A DNA stretch of 36,189 nt, taken from contig PXDP01000253.1 of NCBI GenBank assembly GCA_003565035.1, positions 1 to 36,189 of the forward strand. The letters are read 5' to 3'. Below are positions 26,379 through 34,523 of the stretch, in pieces. The stretch comes from PVC group bacterium. GTDB taxonomy: Bacteria; Verrucomicrobiota; Kiritimatiellia; SS1-B-03-39; UBA6053. The position numbers and the translations under genes are program-made. The notes under the pieces were generated by a model. It searched no databases. It was not told where the DNA came from and was given only the letters and a program-made list of their open reading frames with translations. Positions within the stretch are counted from its first letter, which is position 1, and each line of letters starts with the position of its first letter.

Positions 26379-26924
26379 TCAGGGATTGCTGATGACCAGT
26401 GTGGGGCCGTTTGTGCTGCCGCCGGTGGTTGGCGTTGGCGTGGGGGTGGGTTCAGGCGCAGGGGGGGGGGTTTGTTCGGGGGCGGGGGTCACGGTGGCCT
26501 CGGCGGAGAGGCTTGAGGTGAAGCCGGGTTCAACCCATAGACCGCTCATACGTGCGGTGCTTCCGTCGATCCGGATCTCACCCGTAAGGGTGACGCGGCC
26601 TCCGGCCGTGGTACTGCCATTGAGGTTGAACGAGGCTCCGCTGGTGCCTTCCGCCCGGGTGATGGTGCCGTTCCATCGGATATTGTGTTCATCCACGCCA
26701 AAAAGCTGATCACCGGACTGGGTGAGTGTCAGCCGGGTGGTGCGGGCACCGCTTTGACGTCCCGGGAGCCCGTTCTCATTGACGTAGGTCCCTGCCACCC
26801 GCACGGTGACGTTGCGGACGGTTTCGTTTCCGCTTTGAATTTCGCATCCCGCGATCAGCAGGAGAAGTACAATGGCGGTGAGCAGGATGTTCAGTGGCGA
26901 TTGAAAATTTGTACGCTTGTTCAT
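26379..26924 (-). CDS. hypothetical lipoprotein with Pro/Thr-rich C-terminal tail
   Basis: MNKRTNFQSPLNILLTAIVLLLLIAGC has a canonical I-A-G-C lipobox. Beta-rich core. Tail PAPEQTPPPAPEPTPTPTPTTGG. Confidence 0.65.
   Translation of the reverse strand: MNKRTNFQSPLNILLTAIVLLLLIAGCEIQSGNETVRNVTVRVAGTYVNENGLPGRQSGARTTRLTLTQSGDQLFGVDEHNIRWNGTITRAEGTSGASFNLNGSTTAGGRVTLTGEIRIDGSTARMSGLWVEPGFTSSLSAEATVTPAPEQTPPPAPEPTPTPTPTTGGSTNGPTLVISNP
26461..26470. repeat. G10 homopolymer (C10 on the coding strand) inside the lipoprotein CDS
   Basis: Exactly ten G bounded by A (26460) and T (26471). It encodes the T-P-P-P run. It is the longest homopolymer I saw in the window. Confidence 0.9.
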
Positions 26925-27042
26925 TGGGCAAGTGTGCAGAATTCCAGAGGAATGCGCAAGTGAAATCGTCCTGTCTCAAAAAAGCAGGGGGGAGGTGTGA
27001 CAAACTCTTGTCGAGTCGGTTTCTTTGTGCAAAGAGACAGGT

Positions 27043-28275
27043 GTGAAATTTTCAACGGTATGTGTGCTTCTGTTTATGGTTATGCCTGGGGGCTGTGGGC
27101 GGTCCCCTGACCGGCTTGCGCGGCGCGGAATCGCGGCACTGGATGCCGGGAGGCACCCGGAGGCGGTTGGGTTCCTGGAGCGTGCATTGGAGGGCCGGGC
27201 AGATGATCCGGACGCGGCTCAGCTTTGGGGGGCACTTGGTTTGGCCCGCACACGTGCCGGTGAATTTCACACGGCGGAGGATGCCTTTCGAACGGCTTCC
27301 CGGCTTGCGGAGGATGATTTTTGGATTCATCTTAATTATGGGGGGCTTTTCATTCAGCTGGGCCGTTTTTCGGATGCGCTCGACCCCCTGGCGGTGGCGG
27401 TGCGTGCCGATCTGTACCGGACAGAGGCGTTGGAGCTGATGGCGTATGCGGCCCTGAGGCTGGACGACGCGGACTTGGCGTTGAGTATGCTGGAAGAGGC
27501 GGCAATGCGGGTGGATGATCCCAGGGTGTTGACATCGCTGGCCACCCAGGCGGCCACTCCCGCAGAGAGCCGTCAGCGGTTGCAGGAGGCACTGGATCTG
27601 GATCCTGCATTTGGACCCGCAGCGTTAAATTTGGCTGTTTTGATTGACCGCTCGGGCGATGAGCTCAATCGTGCCCTCCATTATTATGAGCGGTATCTGG
27701 CTGTGACACCGACGGAAGAGGTGAACCCGGCGGTGCAGGACCGGATTGCGGTGCTGACCCGTCGCCGGGACAATCCGGAGGGGAGGGAGGACCCGGTGGT
27801 GGTTCAGGTCCGCGAGTTTCTGTCGCGGAGCCGGGAGGCGGTACGGGACGGGAACCGGATGATGGCACTGAATTTTGCCACCCGGGCCGCGCAGGTGGCT
27901 CAGCGCAATGGCAGAACCGATTTGGAAGAGCGGGCCCTGCGGCAGGGTGTGGACTCGGCCCCGGATTTGGGGCGGCCTTATGCGGCCCTGGGGCAATTTT
28001 ATCTGGACAGTGGCCGGTATGATGATGCGGTGCGCTCGTTCCGGGAGGCGGCGCGTTTGGCCCCGGATGTATTTCAGGCTCAAATAGGCTTGGCCCGCGC
28101 GGCCGCGGCGGCAGGGCAGTCCTCTTTGGCCGGACAGGCGTTGGAACGGGCCGAAGCGCTCGCGTCTTCGGGTACGGAGTTGGAGGGTATTGTCGCCCTG
28201 TACCGGGACGAACTGCGGGATCGTCGCTCCGCCCGCCGCGTGGAGCGTCTGCGGGCGGAGCGCTTTCCGGAGTGA
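27043..28275 (+). CDS. TPR-repeat protein, probably exported or lipid-anchored
   Basis: The track start is TTG 27025. GTG 27043 gives (M)KFSTVCVLLFMVMPGGCG. There are multiple TPR units, for example PEAVGFLERALEGRADDPDA... and GQFYLDSGRYDDAVRSFREAARLAPD. Confidence 0.7.
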   Translation: MKFSTVCVLLFMVMPGGCGRSPDRLARRGIAALDAGRHPEAVGFLERALEGRADDPDAAQLWGALGLARTRAGEFHTAEDAFRTASRLAEDDFWIHLNYGGLFIQLGRFSDALDPLAVAVRADLYRTEALELMAYAALRLDDADLALSMLEEAAMRVDDPRVLTSLATQAATPAESRQRLQEALDLDPAFGPAALNLAVLIDRSGDELNRALHYYERYLAVTPTEEVNPAVQDRIAVLTRRRDNPEGREDPVVVQVREFLSRSREAVRDGNRMMALNFATRAAQVAQRNGRTDLEERALRQGVDSAPDLGRPYAALGQFYLDSGRYDDAVRSFREAARLAPDVFQAQIGLARAAAAAGQSSLAGQALERAEALASSGTELEGIVALYRDELRDRRSARRVERLRAERFPE

Positions 28276-28278
28276 ACC

Positions 28279-29838
28279 TCAGGCCTGGGCTTTTTGGGCC
28301 AGATAGCGGTTGATGCAGTTCAGATACGCCTTGGCACCGGCTTCAACAATATCCGTACTGGAGGCTTTGCCGCTCATCAGGCCGAGGTCTTCGAAGCGGA
28401 CGGTGACGGTGACTTCGCCCTGGGCATCTTTACCGGTGGTAATGGCCTGGAGGGTGAAATCTTCCAGGGTTCCGTGGATTTTGGTGATGCGGTCAATGGT
28501 CTTGAGCGCTGCATCCACCGGTCCATCCCCGCAGGCAGCGTCTTCCAGAATCTCCTCACCGCTGGCCAGCCGCACGGTGGCGGTGGGCACGGTGACATTT
28601 CCGGTGGAGACGTGCAGATAGTTCAGCACGTAGGCGCCGGGAGGCTGCTGGCTGATGTTCTGCTGCATGATTGCTACCAGGTCGTCGTCATAGACATGCT
28701 TTTTCTTGTCGGCCAGATCAATAAAGGCATTAAAGGCCTGCTCCAGTGCGTCGCCGGTCAGTTTGAACCCCAGGGTGTTCATATGCTCTCTGAACGCGTG
28801 GCGGCCGGAGTGTTTTCCGAGCACCAGTTCGGTGCCGGAGGTAACCCCGACATCCTCGGGATTCATGATCTCGTAGGTGGTGCGTTCTTTGAGCATGCCG
28901 TCCTGGTGAATGCCGGATTCGTGCGCAAACGCGTTGGCGCCCACAATCGCCTTGTTGCGCTGCACATGCAGGCCGGTCAACTGGCTGACCAAACGGCTGG
29001 TCCGGAAGATTTCCGTGGTTTTGATATTGGTGTATGCACCGCCGAAGCTGTCGTGGCGGGTGCGCAATGCCATGACAATTTCCTCCAGCGAGCAGTTTCC
29101 GGCGCGCTCGCCAATGCCATTGATGGTGCATTCGACGCCGCGGGCGCCATTGCGGACGGCCTCCAGGGAGTTCGCCACCGCCAGTCCCAGATCGTTGTGG
29201 CAATGCACATGAATCACGGCCTTGTCGATGTTGGGCACATTCTCCTTCAGATACCGGATGCATTTCCCGAATTCTTCGGGAACCGTGTAGCCCACGGTGT
29301 CGGGAATGTTGACGGTGGTGGCACCGGCATCGATGACCGCTTCGACGACTTCCGCGAGAAAATCCAGCTCGGTGCGGGAGGCGTCCTCGGGACTGAACTG
29401 CACATCGTCCACAAATTCTTTCGCTTTTTTCACGCCGGCCACGGCGGCTTTCACGATTTCTTCTTTGGCTTTGCGCAGTTTAAACTGACGGTGAATGGCG
29501 GAGGTGGCCAGAAAGACATGGATGCGGCCGCGTTTTCCGGCCGGAGCCACCGCCCGGCCAGCGGTTTCGATGTCTTTGTCCACGCAGCGGGCGAGGGCGG
29601 CAATACGAGGGCCTTTGATGGTGCGGGCAATTTCATGCACGGCTTCGAAATCCCCCGGGGAGGCGATCGGAAATCCGGCCTCGATGATATCGACATTCAG
29701 CCGGGCGAGGGCGCGGGCAACCTGCAGTTTTTCCTGCAGTCCCATACTGGCACCGGGGCATTGTTCCCCGTCGCGCAGGGTGGTGTCAAAAATCAATACC
29801 TGATCTTTTTTAGCTTTGCTGGTCATGGTTTTCCTCAT
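28279..29838 (-). CDS. leuA: 2-isopropylmalate synthase
   Basis: [34 protein letters not shown] and the C-terminal LeuA dimerisation/regulatory domain. About 515 aa. The second ATG at 29826 is preceded by GAGGA and may be the true start. Confidence 0.96.
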   Translation of the reverse strand: MRKTMTSKAKKDQVLIFDTTLRDGEQCPGASMGLQEKLQVARALARLNVDIIEAGFPIASPGDFEAVHEIARTIKGPRIAALARCVDKDIETAGRAVAPAGKRGRIHVFLATSAIHRQFKLRKAKEEIVKAAVAGVKKAKEFVDDVQFSPEDASRTELDFLAEVVEAVIDAGATTVNIPDTVGYTVPEEFGKCIRYLKENVPNIDKAVIHVHCHNDLGLAVANSLEAVRNGARGVECTINGIGERAGNCSLEEIVMALRTRHDSFGGAYTNIKTTEIFRTSRLVSQLTGLHVQRNKAIVGANAFAHESGIHQDGMLKERTTYEIMNPEDVGVTSGTELVLGKHSGRHAFREHMNTLGFKLTGDALEQAFNAFIDLADKKKHVYDDDLVAIMQQNISQQPPGAYVLNYLHVSTGNVTVPTATVRLASGEEILEDAACGDGPVDAALKTIDRITKIHGTLEDFTLQAITTGKDAQGEVTVTVRFEDLGLMSGKASSTDIVEAGAKAYLNCINRYLAQKAQA

Positions 29839-29866
29839 TTTCGGGTTGGCCCCACCGCAATCGACG

Positions 29867-29898
29867 TAAACAAAACACCCGCCGGTCGCGGCGGGTGT
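29867..29898 (-). terminator. intrinsic terminator (attenuator) in the leuA leader
   Basis: The minus strand reads ACACCCGCC-gcgacc-GGCGGGTGT followed by TTTGTTT. It is a 9-bp GC-rich stem (29875-29883 / 29890-29898). It lies 29 nt downstream of the leader-peptide stop and about 30-40 nt upstream of the leuA start. Confidence 0.7.
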
Positions 29899-29927
29899 TG
29901 TAGAGACTTTTGGGGTTCAGGTCAACG

Positions 29928-29996
29928 TCACACGCACGCGGAATCGTTCTTCCGTAGAAGAAGGAGAAGGGTGCTGTTCAGTTGACGGGCATTCAT
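29928..29996 (-). CDS. leucine-rich leader peptide (leuL-like), 22 codons
   Basis: Hand translation: ATG AAT GCC CGT CAA CTG AAC AGC ACC CTT CTC CTT CTT CTA CGG AAG AAC GAT TCC GCG TGC GTG TGA = MNARQLNSTLLLLLRKNDSACV. There are five consecutive Leu codons at 29955-29969. Confidence 0.6.
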   Translation of the reverse strand: MNARQLNSTLLLLLRKNDSACV

Positions 29997-30005
29997 TATG
30001 GTCTG

Positions 30006-30033
30006 AGAATAGGAAGAAAAGTGGAGATGTCAA
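30006..30033 (-). promoter_or_regulatory. sigma70-like promoter for the leu leader transcript
   Basis: The minus strand reads TTGACA (30033-30028), a 16-nt spacer, then TATTCT (30011-30006). The -10 element ends 9 nt before the leader ATG, which implies a leaderless or near-leaderless leader-peptide mRNA. Confidence 0.45.
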
Positions 30034-30163
30034 GTTCTGATCCCGGTTTCTCCTGTCGGCTGTCGGCGGGCGCATATGGGTTGGATCTGCGATCCCGGGG
30101 CTGTGCGTCTTCTTCGCGGACCCCGAGCTTGTGCCGATAGCCTCTCCGGGGCAGTTGCAGTGT

Positions 30164-30946
30164 TCAGTATCCTAGAGAGAATCCACTGAGGGGTTCGGCA
30201 TTGGAGAGGCCAAGAGTGGAGGGGATGGTGTCGGTACTTCGTTGAATACGGAAATGGGTTGGCGTTCGGGGCTGCGGCTGTTGGGGTTTAGGGCGCGGGC
30301 GGTGGATAAATGGGGGGTGTCGATGGGTGGTGCGGTTGTGGTGGATGACCGGCCAGGGGGTGACGTATTGGACCCGCGGGGGCGTTTGGAGGGTGCGGGC
30401 AGTATTTTCGGCCTGGCGGGCCCGGGATTCGGCTTCAAATACTCGGCGTTCGACTTGGGCGAGACGTTCGGCGGTGCGGCGCTGTTCTTCATCCCGTTCA
30501 AAGGCGACTTTGGCTTCGGTATAAAGGATGAAGACATCAACTTCCGGAAATTCCCGCTGGAAATCCCGCCAGAAGGCATAGCGTTCGGCGGCGGGGCGGG
30601 CGCGGAAATCGGGGTCCTCAAGGCGGTCGGCCTTAATGGCCTCACCGCGTTTGCGGCGGGCTTCGGCGGCGCGGGCCTGTTGTTCGCGACGGGCTTCGGC
30701 GGCAGTCTCGGAGATGAGTTCGATGCGGGTGACCTCCCCATCCCGGAGCTGAATTTCACCGCGTTCGTAGAAGAGACGCTCCAGGCTGCCCATTTCAATG
30801 CGGCCCTCGGGTTGGCCAAGGGTTTCGAGGACGGTCAGGCGGTCAGTGCCGATGCGCAATTCGGCATGCAGGGGGCTGAGTACGAGGCCGACCAGCAGTA
30901 CTGCGGGCAACAGTGAAATGAATTTCAAGTGAGGTATGGAGTTCAT
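30164..30946 (-). CDS. hypothetical exported protein with charged helical middle and basic Pro-rich C-terminus
   Basis: MNSIPHLKFISLLPAVLLVGLVLSPLHAE is a signal peptide. The central region is ER-rich (AAEARREQQARAAEARRKRGE). The tail is HRHPPFIHRPRPKPQQPQPRTP. Confidence 0.55.
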   Translation of the reverse strand: MNSIPHLKFISLLPAVLLVGLVLSPLHAELRIGTDRLTVLETLGQPEGRIEMGSLERLFYERGEIQLRDGEVTRIELISETAAEARREQQARAAEARRKRGEAIKADRLEDPDFRARPAAERYAFWRDFQREFPEVDVFILYTEAKVAFERDEEQRRTAERLAQVERRVFEAESRARQAENTARTLQTPPRVQYVTPWPVIHHNRTTHRHPPFIHRPRPKPQQPQPRTPTHFRIQRSTDTIPSTLGLSNAEPLSGFSLGY

Positions 30947-31092
30947 GGGTAATTTCCTTGGTTACTAATCTACACGTCGTGGAGGTAAAAATCAAGGGAT
31001 ACGCCCGTTTCCTCTTCAACCGATGTTTTGGGCTCGTTTTTTGCCGTGGTTGTGGAAGGGTAAGCGGGAATGTTTCAATTTACGGAGCCTCT

Positions 31093-31971
31093 ATGAACGT
31101 TTTACGTCGTTTGTTTTTGGTGATGATCTGTCCTCTCCTGCTGTTTTGGACGGGCTGTGCCTCGGTGCCGTACCGGCAGGGCGTGTCGTTTGTGGACCCC
31201 CGATTGCCGGAGGCACCTCTGTTTGAGGCGCAGATTGAGCGGGGACGTCCGAACCGGGTGCTGGATAAATCGGACTGGGTGTGGCCGGGAAGCTGGCTGG
31301 GGAAACTGGTGCTCTGGGACCGCCGGGTGGATAATCATCAAATTGGAGAGGAAACCGAGGAAATGATGCGGCGCTATTTGGCCCACAATGACCTTGAGCA
31401 TGTAAAAGTGCGGTTGAACATGTATGCCCCCCGGGATGAGTTCCGGCGGACGGTGCGGAACCGTTCGGTGGGCGTGGGATGGCGATACACGGTGGGGATG
31501 ATTGCCTGGCTGCAATATACAATTCTGCCGGGCCGGATTCTAGGCGGGGATAATTACAATCCGTATTCCAATACGATAAATTTATATTCGGATATCCCCG
31601 CGATTGCCGTGCATGAGGGCGGTCATGCCAAGGATTTTGCAGATCGGCGGTGGAAGGGGACCTACGGGGGGGTCTATGTGATTCCGTTTGTGAATTTGTA
31701 CCATGAGGCACTGGCGAGCAATGATGCGTTGGGGTATTTGATCGCCGAGGAGTCTCCGGAGGCGGTGGCGGAAGGATACCGGATTCTGCATCCGGCGTAT
31801 GGGACGTATGTGGGCGGCAATACGGGATTGTTGTATCCCGGCTACGCTTTGCCCATTTATGCGGGCTCGGTGACGGCGGGGCACGTGACCGGCCGGATCC
31901 GCGGCGCGCGGCGGTCCCGGGAGGTCGAAATTACGAAAAGCCTGGAGGCATCCGACCCTACAGGGAATTGA
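31093..31971 (+). CDS. putative lipoprotein with HExxH (zincin-like) motif
   Basis: ATG 31093 gives MNVLRRLFLVMICPLLLFWTGC, lipobox-like. AVHEGGHAKD contains HEGGH. The track start at 30958 has no signal peptide, so I rejected it. Confidence 0.55.
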   Translation: MNVLRRLFLVMICPLLLFWTGCASVPYRQGVSFVDPRLPEAPLFEAQIERGRPNRVLDKSDWVWPGSWLGKLVLWDRRVDNHQIGEETEEMMRRYLAHNDLEHVKVRLNMYAPRDEFRRTVRNRSVGVGWRYTVGMIAWLQYTILPGRILGGDNYNPYSNTINLYSDIPAIAVHEGGHAKDFADRRWKGTYGGVYVIPFVNLYHEALASNDALGYLIAEESPEAVAEGYRILHPAYGTYVGGNTGLLYPGYALPIYAGSVTAGHVTGRIRGARRSREVEITKSLEASDPTGN

Positions 31972-33502
31972 AGTCCGCCCGCCGCCAGTCCCAGGTGTTG
32001 CGGAAGCGCGTTCTGGCGGTTTCCCAGGCCTGCCGCTCCTGCGGCTCGAAGGTTTGAGGCGGGAAGGAGTTCATGATGAGCGCGCGGCCTTCATGCAGAT
32101 CGCTCAGGTGACCGGCGGCGACAAGTTGACTGAGGAGATTGCCGAGGGCGGTGGCCTCGACCGGACCGGCGAGCACTTTGCGGCCAAGCGCATTGGCGGT
32201 GAATTGGTTGAGAAGGTTGTTCTGACATCCGCCGCCGACCACGTGAAGGGTGCCCAGCGTTTTGCCGGTGAGGTGGGCCAGATGGTCGATGCTGACGCTG
32301 TACATGATCGCGAGGCTTTCGTAGACCATGCGGGTGATGGCGCCGCGGGTTTCGGGGACGGGCTGGCCGGTGGCGGCACAGGCTTCTTTGAGTTTGGCGG
32401 GCATGTCTCCGCGCTTGGCGAAGCGGGGGTCATCGGGGTCGATAAAACTGACGAAGGGTTCGGCGGCTTCCGCTTCAGCCACGAGCTGGTCCCAGGTGAG
32501 GTCCTCCTCCTGGTCCCAGATGCGTTTGCACTCCTGCATCAGCCACATACCACAGTGGTTTTTGAGCAGGCGGATCTGTCCGGTGGTGTCCCGCTCGTTG
32601 GTAAAGGCGAGGTTGAAGGATTCCTCGTTGATCACCGCGTTATCGACGCGGGTGCCAAGCAGGGACCAGGTGCCGGAGGAGAGGAAGATTTCGCCCTCGC
32701 CGTCGACGGTGGAGGCATCGGATTCGCTGTCGAACGCCAGAGGAACCCCGGTGTAAGCAGACGCCGTGTCGTGGCTGCCGACGGTGACGACCTGCGCGCT
32801 GTTGAGTCCGGTGATTTCCGCGATGGCGGGGAGGAGGGGGCCGAGATGGGTGCCGGGCGGGGTGATGTCGCGAAAGAGTTTCCGGGGCAGTTCCAGGCGG
32901 TCGATGAGATCCCAGGCCCACTCGCCGGTGTCGGCACTGACGAGTTGCAGGGTGCTGGCGATGGTGGCTTCGTTGGCGGCGATGCCGGTGAGCCAGTAGT
33001 TGAAGAGGTCGGGCATGGGCAGGATGCGTTCGGCGGCGGCGAGCCGTCCGGGATTTTGCGCCTGTTCGGCCAGCAACTGGAACAGGGTGTTGAAGGGCAT
33101 GAACTGATTGCCGGTGGCCCGGTAGATGTCCTCTTTGGGCACGCGGGCAAAGGCGGTGTCCATGAGATCGTCGGTGCGGCTGTCGCGGTATTGCACGGGA
33201 ATGCCCAGAAGGCTGCCGGCGGCATCTAGGAGTCCGTAATCCACGCCCCAGGTGTCGATACCGATGCTGACCACCCGGTCGCCGTAGGTGTCGGCCGCGC
33301 GCTTCAGGCCCTCCAGAATATCGGCGAACTGACGGGTGACGTTCCAGTGCCAGGTGCCGTTGAGGTGAATGCCGTTATTGGGGAAACGGTGGATTTCTTC
33401 GAGGTGCAGCCGCTGGTCGGCGTACGATCCGGCCATGACGCGGCCGGACCCGGCGCCAAAATCCACGGCCAGAAATACGGGAGAGTTTGTGGTGTCTATC
33501 AT
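31958..33502 (-). CDS. rhaB: rhamnulokinase (FGGY carbohydrate kinase family)
   Basis: FLAVDFGAGSGRVMAG, EIHRFPN, GIDTWGVDYGLLD and VQYRDSRT are characteristic of RhaB. The track start at 33514 is a TTG; the ATG at 33502 gives MIDTTN. Confidence 0.8.
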   Translation of the reverse strand: MIDTTNSPVFLAVDFGAGSGRVMAGSYADQRLHLEEIHRFPNNGIHLNGTWHWNVTRQFADILEGLKRAADTYGDRVVSIGIDTWGVDYGLLDAAGSLLGIPVQYRDSRTDDLMDTAFARVPKEDIYRATGNQFMPFNTLFQLLAEQAQNPGRLAAAERILPMPDLFNYWLTGIAANEATIASTLQLVSADTGEWAWDLIDRLELPRKLFRDITPPGTHLGPLLPAIAEITGLNSAQVVTVGSHDTASAYTGVPLAFDSESDASTVDGEGEIFLSSGTWSLLGTRVDNAVINEESFNLAFTNERDTTGQIRLLKNHCGMWLMQECKRIWDQEEDLTWDQLVAEAEAAEPFVSFIDPDDPRFAKRGDMPAKLKEACAATGQPVPETRGAITRMVYESLAIMYSVSIDHLAHLTGKTLGTLHVVGGGCQNNLLNQFTANALGRKVLAGPVEATALGNLLSQLVAAGHLSDLHEGRALIMNSFPPQTFEPQERQAWETARTRFRNTWDWRRADFNSL

Positions 33503-33554
33503 GCGTGGGTTCAACGAAACAGGATGGATCTTGTCGAGAAAATTTTAGGCGGTC

Positions 33555-33578
33555 TCGTTGCCTCGTTGCCTCGTTGCC
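33555..33578. repeat. perfect tandem repeat (TCGTTGCC)x3 in a divergent intergenic region
   Basis: Units at 33555-33562, 33563-33570 and 33571-33578. They are followed by the inverted repeat TCACCCGC (33581-33588) / GCGGGTGA (33608-33615). Confidence 0.9.
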
Positions 33579-33668
33579 TTTCACCCGCAACCAATAAAGA
33601 TGCGCCCGCGGGTGAGTTGTGCGTAACATAGGATTGTCAAAGAGGGCTGTTTCTGATTTAACCCACGC

Positions 33669-34523
33669 ATGATGAATATTGAACGAGCTGTAATCACCGC
33701 CGCGGGCCCCGGTCAGCGTGGCATTCCTTTGCAAACGTTGGTGGACCGGGACGGGGTTCCGCGTTCGGCGCTGGCGATTTTGCTGCGGGATATTCAGGAT
33801 GCAGGCATTCGCAAGGTGGCGGTGGTGATTCGTCCCGGCGACGAGGAGGCCTACCTGGAAGCGGCGGGGGAGCTGGCGGAGGGGCTGACCTTTCTGCCGC
33901 AGGAGCAGCCGCTGGGCTACGGGCACGCGCTTTCGCTGGCGGCGGCGTTTACGGAGGAGCAGGCGTTTTTGCATCTGGTGGGGGATCATTTGTGCGTGAG
34001 CGATGCGGCGGCGGGCTGTGCGCGGCAGTTGGTGGAGGTGGCCCGGGCGGAGGCCTGCGCGGTGTCGGCGGTGCAGGCGACCCGTGAAACCACGCTTTCG
34101 CTGTACGGCGCGGTGGGCGGGCTGAAGGTTCCGGGGGCGGAGCATCTGTACCGGGTGGAGTGCGTGCGGGAAAAACCGACACCCACGGTGGCGGAACAGG
34201 AGCTGGTGGTGCCGGGCCTGCGGGCGGCCCATTATTTGTGCTTTTTTGGGATGCATGTGCTGACTCCGGGGGTGATGGAGGCTCTGTCCGTCCGTCTGGC
34301 GGCGGCGGAGGGGACTCCGGTGAATCTTTCGGCCGCGCTGGATGATTTGGCCCGCCGCGAAAAGTATCTGGCTTTTGAAATCAGCGGCCACCGTCACAAC
34401 CTGGGCGTGCCCTACGGTTTGTTTCAGGCGCAACTGGCCCTGGCACTGCGCGGGGTGGACCGGGATCAGGTGCTGGCGGAGATGGTGACACTGCTGGCGC
34501 AGCGCGGCGGAGGTCTTGCGTGA
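33669..34523 (+). CDS. sugar-1-phosphate nucleotidyltransferase (GalU/UGPase-like fold)
   Basis: [49 protein letters not shown] matches the N-terminal NTP_transferase pattern (AAGxGxR ... region). 284 aa. Confidence 0.7.
   Translation: MMNIERAVITAAGPGQRGIPLQTLVDRDGVPRSALAILLRDIQDAGIRKVAVVIRPGDEEAYLEAAGELAEGLTFLPQEQPLGYGHALSLAAAFTEEQAFLHLVGDHLCVSDAAAGCARQLVEVARAEACAVSAVQATRETTLSLYGAVGGLKVPGAEHLYRVECVREKPTPTVAEQELVVPGLRAAHYLCFFGMHVLTPGVMEALSVRLAAAEGTPVNLSAALDDLARREKYLAFEISGHRHNLGVPYGLFQAQLALALRGVDRDQVLAEMVTLLAQRGGGLA

Noticed and set aside
28294-29985. 563-aa plus-strand ORF
   Set aside because: It is antisense to the unmistakable leuA. Its product is G/A/V/H-rich with no motifs.
32054-33229. 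391-aa plus-strand ORF
   Set aside because: It is antisense to the rhamnulokinase gene. Its product is Gly/Ala/Val-rich junk.
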